Virus record (IMG/VR): IMGVR_UViG_3300037631_002085
Span: 1 to 35,471 of that record
Length of the DNA stretch: 35,471 nucleotides
Strand: one strand, 5' to 3'
Source of the DNA: a virus
Taxonomy: Duplodnaviria; Caudoviricetes
The translations under genes and the position numbers were made by a program. Under the pieces are notes generated by a model, which was not told the origin of the DNA, did not search any database, and was given only the letters and a program-made list of their open reading frames with translations. Positions 16,423-26,800 of this stretch are shown in pieces (within the stretch, counting starts at the first letter, position 1; each line of letters begins with the position of its first letter).

Positions 16423-17597
16423 TGGCTGAATTGTTTCACGGAGATTGCTTGAAAGTGCTGAAAGGTATGCCCGATAACTCGGTTGATTCAATCGTCACCG
16501 ACCCTCCGTATGGGCTTTCATTTATGTCAAAAAAATGGGACTATGATGTTCCCTCCGTTGAAGTTTGGCATGAATGCCTTCGTGTGTTGAAGCCCGGTGG
16601 ACACCTGCTGGCCTTCGCTGGCTCACGCACCTATCACCGGCTCGTCGTCAATGTTGAGGACGCTGGTTTCGAGATTCGTGACCAAATCATGTGGGTCTAT
16701 GGTTCGGGTTTCCCGAAGTCTCACAACATAGGCCACAAGGCCGAGGAATGGCAAGGGTGGGGAACGGCTCTCAAACCCGCCCACGAGCCTATCGTGGTCG
16801 CCCGTAAGCCTCTCGCCGGGACGGTCGCCGCAAATGTTCTTGAGCATGGCACAGGTGGCTTGAACATTGACGCTTGTAGGGTGCAAATGGAGGGAAAGGA
16901 TGGTGGAACATGGGGGGCAAGCAACGCTACGATTGACCACGAGGGAAGAATGTTCAACCGCTCCAACAATCCCGAATATCGTTCACAAAGGCACGATGCA
17001 GGACGCTTCCCCGCTAATTTCATTCACGATGGGTCGGAAGAAGTCGTGAGCCTATTCCCCGATTCATCAACAACAGGCAAAAGGACTCAAAGAAGTCATT
17101 CAAAAGAGAAGAAAATTAACGACCATGTTCACGCATTTCAACGCCAAAGAAGCGACCAAGAATACACCGACAGTGGTTCAGCCGCCCGATTCTTTTACTG
17201 CGCAAAAGCCTCCCGTTCCGAGCGCAACGCTGGACTTGAAGCGTTTGATGACGGCGAGCGCACTGATTACGGCGGCTTTCACAGTGAAAAGGGACTTGTC
17301 GCCAACGGACGAAACCCTGAGAATCGACTCCCCGTGAAAAACATTCACCCAACGGTGAAGCCGATTGACCTTATGCGCTATTTGTGCAGACTCGTCACGC
17401 CACCGGAAGGCGTTGTGCTTGACCCGTTCATGGGTTCGGGAACAACGGGAATCGGCGCAAAGGCAGAAGGCTTTGACTTCATCGGCATTGAGCGAGAAGA
17501 GGAATACCTGCGCATAGCAGAAGCGAGAATTGCGCAGGGGGTTGTTGTCGAAGTCGTTCAACAGGCGATTTACAAAACGCTGGACGAATGGTTATAA
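16419..17597 (+). CDS. N4-cytosine/N6-adenine DNA methyltransferase (beta class)
   Basis: GDCLKVLK; IVTDPPYG (motif IV); HPTVKP; VLDPFMGSGTTG (motif I); FIGIE. Confidence 0.93.
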   Translation: MMAELFHGDCLKVLKGMPDNSVDSIVTDPPYGLSFMSKKWDYDVPSVEVWHECLRVLKPGGHLLAFAGSRTYHRLVVNVEDAGFEIRDQIMWVYGSGFPKSHNIGHKAEEWQGWGTALKPAHEPIVVARKPLAGTVAANVLEHGTGGLNIDACRVQMEGKDGGTWGASNATIDHEGRMFNRSNNPEYRSQRHDAGRFPANFIHDGSEEVVSLFPDSSTTGKRTQRSHSKEKKINDHVHAFQRQRSDQEYTDSGSAARFFYCAKASRSERNAGLEAFDDGERTDYGGFHSEKGLVANGRNPENRLPVKNIHPTVKPIDLMRYLCRLVTPPEGVVLDPFMGSGTTGIGAKAEGFDFIGIEREEEYLRIAEARIAQGVVVEVVQQAIYKTLDEWL

Positions 17598-17615
17598 CGA
17601 CAGGTTTATATGAAC
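17598..17615 (+). promoter_or_regulatory. promoter motif CGACAGGTTTATATGAAC
   Basis: TTTATA starts 29 nt upstream of ATG 17634. Confidence 0.6.
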
Positions 17616-17633
17616 AAGAAGAGAGGCAATAAC

Positions 17634-17939
17634 ATGGTGCGAGAAAGCCGAAAGATGACGATGCGAGAAGTGCAGAAGGAATTGGAGGGTATGAAGAACG
17701 ACATTCAACAGTCAATGCAATTCCTCAATGTCCTGTTTGCCGAGATGGATAAGTGCAACATGGTTCTCATTCGACTTCTTGAGAAAGGCGGATTGCTTCA
17801 CCAAAAGACCTGCGCACACTGCGGATTCAATGTGAACACGCCGATGTTTGAGGACATTCCCATTCCCGATGAATGCCCCGCTTGTCAAAAGTCCCTCGAC
17901 GAAACCACGCAAGCGACCCTTCCTGACGAAGAGGAATGA
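17634..17939 (+). CDS. coiled-coil plus zinc-ribbon protein
   Basis: Heptad-like N-terminus; CAHCG...CPAC. Confidence 0.65.
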   Translation: MVRESRKMTMREVQKELEGMKNDIQQSMQFLNVLFAEMDKCNMVLIRLLEKGGLLHQKTCAHCGFNVNTPMFEDIPIPDECPACQKSLDETTQATLPDEEE

Positions 17940-18793
17940 GCATGAGCGACCCTGCGCAAATGACGGTTGAGGAATTGGCGAAAGCCGCCACCTATGACCC
18001 GACCGATGGGAAATTGCTCAAAATCAGCAAATCCACCTTTATGACCTATTCAAAATGCCCTCGGCAATTTTGGATGCAGAAGGTTATCCTCAAGGACATG
18101 AGGATGCCTGCGACTCCTCAAATGGAGAGAGGGACACGCATTCACACTGCTCTTGAAACCATCTATGACAATTGGGAAGGGCAAAGTATTCTTGCGCCTC
18201 TCATCCCGCCGGAACAGGTTGAAGAAGGCGTTCAAGAATTGGTTGCGCTTGAGGAACAACGCCTCAAGGAATGGGGCATTGAGTCCTTTGCGCCCGACGA
18301 ATATGAAGAATACCGTGCCGTTTGGGATGTCGAGCGTGAGGTTGTTCTCGTCGGCAAAATTGACGGCGTGCTGGTGCATCCCGATGGCGGTCTTTGCATC
18401 TATGAATTGAAAACGGGCAACATGAACAAGGGCAAATTATCTCGCACACGCCGAGAATTGTGCTTCTATTCCCATGTTCTGCGCCTAATGGGTGAAACCC
18501 GACCAATCACGCACTTCGCATACCTTGCTCCCGACGCAGACAACATGGACTTCGTGATGGATATGCTCAACGATTCAAAGCGACAGGTCATGCTCGGTGA
18601 AGAGAAGGGTATTCTCATCGTTGAGAAAGTGAGTCAGCGCAGTCATAACGCCTTCCTCAAGTCGCTCGACAAAGCCGTGGAGGGTCTTAAGGCGCATGAG
18701 AATCCGATGAAGTGGTCGGACTATTTTTGCCCTCAGTGGTGCGAGTTTTCTGCGCAGTGCGAATCCGAATTGACAGGTGTTGGCGAATGGTGA
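17936..18793 (+). CDS. Cas4/RecB-like PD-(D/E)XK exonuclease with Fe-S cysteines
   Basis: ISKS...KCPRQFW; RGTRIHTALE; GKIDGV; IYELKTG; C-terminal CPQWCEFSAQC. Confidence 0.85.
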   Translation: MSMSDPAQMTVEELAKAATYDPTDGKLLKISKSTFMTYSKCPRQFWMQKVILKDMRMPATPQMERGTRIHTALETIYDNWEGQSILAPLIPPEQVEEGVQELVALEEQRLKEWGIESFAPDEYEEYRAVWDVEREVVLVGKIDGVLVHPDGGLCIYELKTGNMNKGKLSRTRRELCFYSHVLRLMGETRPITHFAYLAPDADNMDFVMDMLNDSKRQVMLGEEKGILIVEKVSQRSHNAFLKSLDKAVEGLKAHENPMKWSDYFCPQWCEFSAQCESELTGVGEW

Positions 18794-18939
18794 TTATCTG
18801 CGCAGAATGCGACGGCGAGATGTTCGTTGGCGACGAAGAAGCGAAGCCGGTTATGCTCATCACGGGCGATTCCGAAACGGAAAGTCAAAGACTCGCCATC
18901 TGCAAAATCTGCGGCCATCGGCAGGTTATTAAGGACTGA
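18787..18939 (+). CDS. small zinc-ribbon protein (50 aa)
   Basis: MVIICAECDG...ICKICGH; AGGTG SD. Confidence 0.6.
   Translation: MVIICAECDGEMFVGDEEAKPVMLITGDSETESQRLAICKICGHRQVIKD
18919..18936 (+). promoter_or_regulatory. promoter motif CGGCAGGTTATTAAGGAC
   Basis: TTATTA starts 31 nt upstream of the primase ATG at 18957. Confidence 0.5.
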
Positions 18940-18956
18940 ACCTTTGGGTTGGTCTG

Positions 18957-19946
18957 ATGATACGATTCCCCCGACAGGTCGGCCTCAAGCGTGCGTTTTG
19001 CCGCTCCCGTGAGGACTTTGACGCGTATGTGCGCAGACTCAACGGTCGCTCATGCCTTTACACCTCGCTTTATTCCTTTGATGTCGAGCGGGACTATGAT
19101 TCAGCCGTCATGGACAGGGCATGGTGGGACTTTGACATGAACGACGACTACACGATGGATGAAGTCAAGCACGATGTAGCGGCCTTGATTCAGCGCCTTG
19201 ACGGTGATGTGCGACTCGTCGCCACCGGGCGAGGGTTTCATGTTCACCAACACTTCAAACGACCTGTGCGTGGACGCGATTGGTCGCAACACCTTGACCG
19301 TTATCAGCGCAGAATGGCCGATGGACTCGCCAGCCTCGACGGTGTAGGCTATCCCGAAAAGATGACTCGCATATCGGGAACATTTAATGTCAAGCGCAGA
19401 CGGTGGGCGGTGTCAATACCTGCGCACGACTTTGCGCAAGACCCGTTCAATTTCCCGATTCCCGACAAACCTCTTCCGGTTTCCGACAACATAGACCCGT
19501 TCTTTGGTCGCTTTTCGGAAAGCGAATGCTTTGATTTGGTGAAGTGGGTGCATGACAACCCACCTCCCAAACGCCATACGACGCAACGGGAGTCCACTGT
19601 GTCCGTTGGTTTCCTCGGCGGCGAATGCGCACTTCCGAATTGTCTTGAGCGAGCAATCCAAGTGAGCAATCCTCCGCACCATGTTCGGGTTGCGCTCGTT
19701 CAAGAGATGCGCAGACAATTGGCGTTCTATGCGCACCCGAAGGATTTAACCGATGAGGAAAACGATGAGATAACAAACGGCATCTGCTCGTTCATAGAAA
19801 CATTGGGATGGACGGACTACAACGAAGGCATCACACGAAAATATGTTCATGGCGCAGTGCGCAAATACGCTCATGCGCCGTCGCCCTTTTGGTATAGGAA
19901 ACATAATCTATGCAACGGTGAAGGCTGTTGGTTCTGTGCGCAGTGA
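18957..19946 (+). CDS. archaeo-eukaryotic primase, PriS catalytic domain fused to PriL-like C-terminal domain
   Basis: AWWDFD (DxD); ATGRGFHVH; EKMTRI; C-terminal LPNCL..., HHVRVALV, DYNEGITR, terminal Cys cluster. Confidence 0.82.
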   Translation: MIRFPRQVGLKRAFCRSREDFDAYVRRLNGRSCLYTSLYSFDVERDYDSAVMDRAWWDFDMNDDYTMDEVKHDVAALIQRLDGDVRLVATGRGFHVHQHFKRPVRGRDWSQHLDRYQRRMADGLASLDGVGYPEKMTRISGTFNVKRRRWAVSIPAHDFAQDPFNFPIPDKPLPVSDNIDPFFGRFSESECFDLVKWVHDNPPPKRHTTQRESTVSVGFLGGECALPNCLERAIQVSNPPHHVRVALVQEMRRQLAFYAHPKDLTDEENDEITNGICSFIETLGWTDYNEGITRKYVHGAVRKYAHAPSPFWYRKHNLCNGEGCWFCAQ

Positions 19947-19997
19947 GGATGAATTAAGCGCAATTCATTATAAGGCGTGTGTGCGCACAAAGAAACG

Positions 19998-20702
19998 ATG
20001 ATATACGCCGACGACCGGGAGAATGAAAGACTTCTCCATCGTCTTTACGCAAAAGTGGGCGACAGAAAGCACGACAACAAAGGACAGTGCATCGTCAAGC
20101 GTTTGAGCGTGGGCGATTACATCATCGGTGAATACGGAGTCGAAGCGAAGGAAATCAATGACCTGTATCGCTCAATCCTCGGCATTGGGCGCAACGGACG
20201 CACAATCAAACATCAATTGCAGGAATTGTGTGAGATGTTTGAATACCCGATTCTTGCGGTGTATAACACCAAATTGAAGCCGTTCTTCAAAGGTCGCAAG
20301 CCGACCCGACAGGAAACGGCGAATGAAATCCTCCGTCAAAAGCGCATCATCAAATCATTCAAAATGACGCTTTATTCCCAATTCCCAAAAGTGCGCATGA
20401 TTGAATTTTTGGATATGGACGAATTTATTGAATGGCTCGCTATTCTCAACATGAACAGCGAAATGCGCAAAACACTGAACCCCGTTGCGAAGCAAAAAGA
20501 ACCTCCGTCAGACCCACGACTGCGTGCGCTCATGGGCGTGCAGGGAATCACCGAGGATATTGCCGTTGCTCTGCTTGAAAAATACGGTTCGCTTGGGGAA
20601 TTGCTCAAGACCAAAGTGAAGCAGAAGGACTTGATGAAAATTAAAGGCATCGGGAGAATCACTGCTCGACGAATCAAGGCGTTGTCTAAGCGGTGGGTTT
20701 AA
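19998..20702 (+). CDS. ERCC4/XPF (Hef/Mus81-like) nuclease with tandem HhH
   Basis: IYADDRE; LSVGDYII; VEAKEINDL; HhH GVQGITED and IKGIGRITA; TTATAA 30 nt upstream of ATG 19998. Confidence 0.88.
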   Translation: MIYADDRENERLLHRLYAKVGDRKHDNKGQCIVKRLSVGDYIIGEYGVEAKEINDLYRSILGIGRNGRTIKHQLQELCEMFEYPILAVYNTKLKPFFKGRKPTRQETANEILRQKRIIKSFKMTLYSQFPKVRMIEFLDMDEFIEWLAILNMNSEMRKTLNPVAKQKEPPSDPRLRALMGVQGITEDIAVALLEKYGSLGELLKTKVKQKDLMKIKGIGRITARRIKALSKRWV

Positions 20703-20708
20703 TAAGAC
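20691..20708 (+). promoter_or_regulatory. promoter motif CGGTGGGTTTAATAAGAC
   Basis: Same family as the other + strand promoters; TTTAAT starts 30 nt upstream of the stem at 20728. Confidence 0.5.
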
Positions 20709-20727
20709 AAAGGGTGTAAGACCTAAA

Positions 20728-20794
20728 TGAGCGAGTCGCACGACTCACCTTCTTGTCATGGTTTCGGTTCCTCCTTCCCTGTGCGGCTCGCTCA
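20728..20794 (+). ncRNA. candidate small hairpin RNA (14-bp terminal stem, 39-nt pyrimidine-rich loop)
   Basis: TGAGCGAGTCGCAC (20728-41) pairs with GTGCGGCTCGCTCA (20781-94) with one U-G wobble on the + strand; promoter motif at the expected distance. Confidence 0.45.
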
Positions 20795-20804
20795 CCCCTT
20801 ATTC

Positions 20805-23800
20805 TCAAAAGGCTGAGAAGTTAAGCGACTGAGCCTGCCCCGCAACGCTGTTTCTGCGCAATCGCAGTGAAAGCGTGTGGACGGTCAAGGATTGATAGCC
20901 TGCGGTGTCCGAACCCTGCGCTGGTTTGCGACTCACCTCAATGTTGATGGTGTTCCCCGGTGTCCCTGCGCCGTCAAGGAAGCGGTTGTTCAGGATGGTG
21001 ATATTTGAACGGTCTGCGCCTTGAGCGATGGTCGTTGTCTGCGCAACACTTGCGCCCGTTTCTTTGCACGATACGGTCGTCGTGATAACGGCTGAACCAC
21101 CTCCCGTGATTGACTCAAGGGTGATGATAGCATCCACATTGATGAAGCCCGTTGAAACATCATTCGGCACACGCACATTCGTTGAATGCTTGTGCGTTTC
21201 GCCTTGTGCGCCCACTTCGGGGTCGTTGATACCTGCGAGAACGAACCCGTCTGCGGTCATAATCGCTGAACCTTCAACGGGCGCTGGACTGCTCTCGATG
21301 CCGTCAATATCGCGGTCTGCTGAAATCGCGATGGCTGGCTTCTTTGCGCCGAGAATGCCGAAGTCGCCCGTGGATAGCAGGGTGTCGCTTGAGAACGAAC
21401 CACGGCCTTTCAGCGTGCGTGTGAAGCCATTTGTGAGCGCATTGGTGGGGATTTTGTTTGCGAAGTCTTGCGAAGTGCCTCCGCCGACCGATTGGCGGGG
21501 AAACACGGGTTGGGGTTTCGACACATCACCATATCCACTTCCGGGCGTGATGGGTTGAGGGCCGGGAGCGGGAGGGGTTGCTTCGGGTCGTGGGGGCTGG
21601 TTGCTTCCGCCGTTGTTCTTGAATACGCGAGCGAGCGCATAAGTGAAGTCCTTCTCCGTGCGCTCAAGGTTGAGAGTGACTTCCTCAACATCTCGCTCTT
21701 TCTGCGACCACGATACACCGCTAATGACCATTGTTTCTGCGCTCAAATCAATGTTCGCATCCGTGTATGAAACGGTCGTGGCCGGGATATAGGCCAAATC
21801 ATCAACGATTGAAATGCGTGGCGCATAATAGGCGGTTCGGTCTGCGTTGTTTGCCGCAGTTGTGGTCGTCGTCGAATGATAATGCGCATATTTGCGGTGG
21901 CCGAGCGGAAATGGGCTATCGGTGTCAAAGGATGAATAGGTGCTGTCGCCCGTGAGGTTGTGCGCATTGTTGGGTGAGAAGGTCGTCATTCTGCGCAGAA
22001 GGCTTCGCAGATATTCAACATCAACAGAAACAACAACTCCACCCGTTCCGTAGGTGCTTGGTGCATCAATGCGATAAAGCCCACTGCCTGAAATCTCCAT
22101 GCTCGAAGAACCCTCAAGCGTTGCCGCTTTCGTCGGAGGATAATGATTCGGCCCACTGCTCAACGGTGTGTTGTAAAAGTCATAATCAAGCAACCAAACA
22201 CGGAAGGTCGCGTCGTCTGCGCTCGTTCCCGAATCAACGGTGATTGCTACACGCAATTCTTTGGAAGTCAATGCGCTCGTCTTGGGGAGGGTTTTGTCAA
22301 TGTGCGCAACGGCTACGCAATTCGCAAGACTATTCGTTCCATAGTGGTGATAACCTTCTTTGTGCGGGATTGGCTGTGCATAAGTCACGCCGTATGTGCC
22401 GCTCGTCCCTGTGAAACCACTGCGCAGATAGATTGTCAAGTCATTCGTTAAATCGCTGATGGTGTTCCAGCCAACGGAGAGGTTCACTTCTGTTCCGTAT
22501 GAAACACCACCTCCCGTTGAGTCCCACTTCGCCTTTTGATTCACACCGTCCCATGTCAAGACCAAAGAACCAATGTTCGTAGTCGGGCTTGAGTCGTTCT
22601 CGCCGGAAGTGGAGGTTCGGACTTCTATGCCGTTGCTCTTTGGGGTATTGTCGTCTAAGAGCGCATAAGCAACGCTTCCTCGGCTTCCAAGAGCCGGGAG
22701 GTCAAATACACCAGCGAGCGTATCAAAGGCGTTCTGCGTGCCTGAGAACGGCATTCCTCCCCATCGGTTCATCCACGAAGCGTTTGACTCTTTATCATAG
22801 TGATAGAATCGGCGGAAGGTGTCTTGCAGATAGCCGTATTTTCCTGTCGTCATTGAATTGGTTTCCCCGGCCTTTCGGAAAATCTTCGCAGACACGCTAA
22901 GGCTCGACTGTTGTTCACGCAGATATTCGGCCTGCGCAAGAGCCAGCGCCTCATCACGGGTGAAAACCTTCGGTTGTTGGAGGATGCGGAAACGCGTGAT
23001 ACCCGTTCCCGATGGTTCGGGGAAGTCCACGAAGTTAGAATTGCCGTTGTAAAACACACGGACATTCGTGATTGCCGTTCCCATTTTGCTCGTCATGTCC
23101 GAAACCGTCAATTCGTTCCGTGTGAGCGAGACCCCCGAATCATATCGTGGTCGAAATGAGAGCATATTGTCTCGGTGGATGCCCCATGTGAAGGTCTGCG
23201 TCTTTCCTTCTGCACCGTTCCCCGCTTTGTCGCTCATTTCATTGAGGATGCTCATAACCGTTTGACCCTTGACATTCATCACACTTCCGAAGGAATCGGT
23301 GTCGTTGCCTGCGTGCGCAGTCTGTGTTGTTGTCATTGTATCAGTGATAGGGACTCCATTAAGTCCGTAAATACACGGCAGAGCGGTATTTTTTTGTGCG
23401 GTTTCGGCGGTTATCATATTGAAAATTGTGCGCAATTTGTCGTGCGCATAATAGGTTCCTTGGTTTTTGCTCACAACAAGTCCTTGAATGTTAAGAATCA
23501 CACGAAGCGGGAATAGCGCCGCAGTCGTTGTATAGACATAGGCTTTCGCAAAATCGCCTGAACCTGTTGCGTCAGTGATGTTAATAGCGGCCAGCGAACC
23601 TGACCCACCAGCCGACACTTCGGATGAAATTAACGCTTCAAGCGTGTTTGGGTCATAGGAGGATGAGTTTTGATAGGAAGTGATATACACACCTGTCAAT
23701 TTGTCGCCAAGTGATGCGTCCACGCCTTTACCCGTCCACGCAAAATAATAAATTAAATCTTCTGCACCACGACCTTCACCAACCTGTGCAATAATTGCAC

Positions 23801-26800
23801 CGTAGCCACTTGTGTCAAACTGCGCATTGTCGCTTACATAAATCTCGGTGTCGCCAAGAACAATGTCTTGTGTAAGAAGCGTAGCCTCATTCAAGAAATA
23901 ATTTCCATTGGGGTGCTTTGGGATTTTGGTTGTGTCCCTGTTTTTGTAGGTGGCGGCGGCATTTTTCCAATAATTGTCAATCAGCGTCGGTGTAGCGGGA
24001 ATAGCAAGGGTTATGTCGCCAAAGTCCACCATTCCTCCGCTTGTATAGCCACTTCGACCGTTGGTTGCGGAAGTGTTGAGGTTAAAATAGCGGGATGCGT
24101 CAATGATAATGAACGCACCGCCCTTTTCATCCCAATTGTGATAGCGTGTGTCAAGAGGTTCGTCGTTGCTTGCACCTCCTTGTGCGCACCAATCTGCGCC
24201 GCTATACGGTTCAATTTCTGCGTCAAAAGTCCAAATGTCAATGTCCTCGCCAATTTTTAACTCCGTATAAATATCGGGTTCTCCGTTTTCATCCAATTGG
24301 TCTGCAACGACCATATTCACTGAATAATTTTGCGTAGTAGGAAGAATAAGACCAAACTCGTTTTTGCGCAGTCCACCGTCTGCGTCTGCCGTTCCATCGT
24401 TGCGCATATCAGCCCAAAGCACATACAAGTGTTTGTAGCCTATGCTTTCATTTACACTGCGAAGAGTATAAATGGTGTGGTCTTGCTTCCATTCACGACG
24501 AATGCCTTTAACGCCTGAAAGCGTGACTTGCCCAAACTGCATAAGTCCGTCTGCTGTGCTTGCGGCTGGTGTCGAGTCAAAGTCTATTGGCATTCGTTTT
24601 TCTTTAAATCGGATAGCATCGGGGTCTTGATAGTGTCGTGGCGTTCCATAATTCCAAGACGACTCTCCTAAATAACGAGAAGCCATGAAAGCGTGTTCAT
24701 TAGTTGTTGGCTCAAACTCGGTGATTTTGTTTGCTTGATATTTTTTTGTCCCGCTTGAATAGGTTTGCACACGAAAAACACCATTTAAACGCACATCATA
24801 AAATCCTGTGTGAATTACAATGTCGCCTTTATTGAGAGCATAGGTGGGACTGCCTTTTTGCTGGAACTCGCTTATGCCATCCCACGAAACGCTTGCGCTA
24901 TATTGAGGGTTGCTAATGTCATCTGCAATCACATACTGCATATCGTTGGTTTCAATGTCAAGCAACTCAATAATTCCATGCTCAAGGTTGTTTGTTTTCC
25001 AATACCACCACATACCGGCTTCTTCAAGAACAATGGTTGTGCTATTTTCGTCAATCGTTGCGTCAAGACCCGTCCAGCCCTGCACTGTTCCGTCGCTATT
25101 GTAGCCTGTTGAGCCGTGCGCAGAAATAAACTGCGCAGAAAGCGGGTGTTGCAGATTGCTTTCTTTTCCTGCTCGCCAAAGAGGGGAGGCATTGATAACT
25201 CCAAACTGCGCACGGAAAAACGGACTTAATGGCAAATCACGCATCCATCGTGCATGAATGTTGCGATGCTTGACTCGTTGAAGAATTTCATCGGTAAGAA
25301 ATCCTTCTCCGTCGAGAATCACAACAGGTTTCACAATTGGAGGCGACCATGTTCGGTGGCTGTTTATGCTGGTGAACGGCTCTGCGTAAAGAATTGAATC
25401 CAATGTTCCAATGTATGACTCAAGAATACCGCCATCATAAGTGTTAGGGACTGCGACAAAAACTTCTGTTGCGCTTTCGACATGCTCAACTGTAAAAACA
25501 TATCCTTCAACATTGGCAAGTGTGCTTAAATCTTCTTCAAAATTAAATAATTGAAATTGGTCGCCAATATTAAGACCGTGATTTGATGTGCAAGTAATAA
25601 GAAGCAATTCGTCTGAATTATTTGCATCTATGGGGTCAGTGTAGTTTTGTGATTTGCGCACAATGCTTCCGACTTTGAAATAATCTGTTTGTGGTGTAGC
25701 ACCTGCCGAAGCACAATATAATTCAATAAAATAAGTCAATCCGTTAATGTCATATTCGCTTCCAAATGAATGCGCATGGATTTTCATGTCATTGACTTGA
25801 AGCGTTCCATCATACGCCGTTCCTTTTAGAATAATGTCGTCGCCTACTGAAATACCTTTAAAGGTAGTTAATCCCGATACAGGCGCAGTTGTTGTGTCAG
25901 TCCATTGAAGCATAACACCGACAACATTTGAAGTGGGAGAGGTTGCACGAATACCTTCCACATCAAGCAAAACATAATCGCCATTCCTTCCTTCCCAATC
26001 ATCTTCGGTGTTTATTGGGCCGTATTCATTTTCATTATTAAACATTTGAATGGCCGACCCACTAAAAAGTCGTGTGCGTGAATCGGGATTTGCGAGGTAT
26101 TTTGTTGCACCTGATGCGTCATAAGAAGAAAAGCCCAATTCACTGTTTCCATAAGAAAGAGGCGTTGCGCCCATCGAAAACATATTTTCAAGAGCCTTTG
26201 TTTCAAAATATCGCTTTTCCAGCGTTCCAACAAGGGATATGTGTTCGTTCAACGAAAACACTGCGTTTTGTCCCGTTTCCCAAGTTGGCAACACACGGTC
26301 AAGAATGCTGAATGAATCTTTTGCAGTGATGGTCGTTGTCAATTTTTTGCTAAACGACTCCTGTTTATATGCGATGCTATCAATCAGTCCCGACCATGCT
26401 GGACGGTTTTCATTGTCGTTAAACATAAGCAATCGCCATTCTGCGGCAGTCGTTCCCGTAGTAAGCGCAGAAAATGCGTATTCGTGCGCAGAATCCATCA
26501 GCGTCACTGCGCAGGTTGAAATGCTATTCACACGCGATTGCATTTTTGCGTCATTGATTGTGGGAATCTCGTTGCCTTCAATGTTCCAAGCAAGTGGAAA
26601 CATCACTGCGGCTCTATCAATCAAGGTATCGACGACAATAGCGCCTTCGCTTCCGTTGCTCGTCCAAACGCCGTCAAGCGACCAACCAACAGCAGTGTTC
26701 CTATCAACACTACCAATAGAACCTGAATCAAAATGGACTGTGTTATCGTCTGCGTATGCTTTCCAAGTCCCTGCTGTAAAGTCAAAAGCAATAAAAATAT

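Noticed and set aside
17936-18793. Cas4-like gene as a sign of CRISPR-Cas
   Set aside because: No repeat-spacer array or other cas genes seen; solo Cas4-like nucleases are common in archaeal viruses.
10920-18793. Several proteins ending in Trp (EEGGW, FLKW, GVGEW) as a shared interaction motif
   Set aside because: These ends overlap the SD/start of the next gene (GGTGA, ATGG), which itself generates Trp codons.
194-20741. Many - strand ORFs in the early module (e.g. 194..955, 4048..4653, 5522..6199, 8567..9247)
   Set aside because: They lie antisense to motif-bearing or tightly coupled + strand genes and show no motifs; treated as shadow ORFs.
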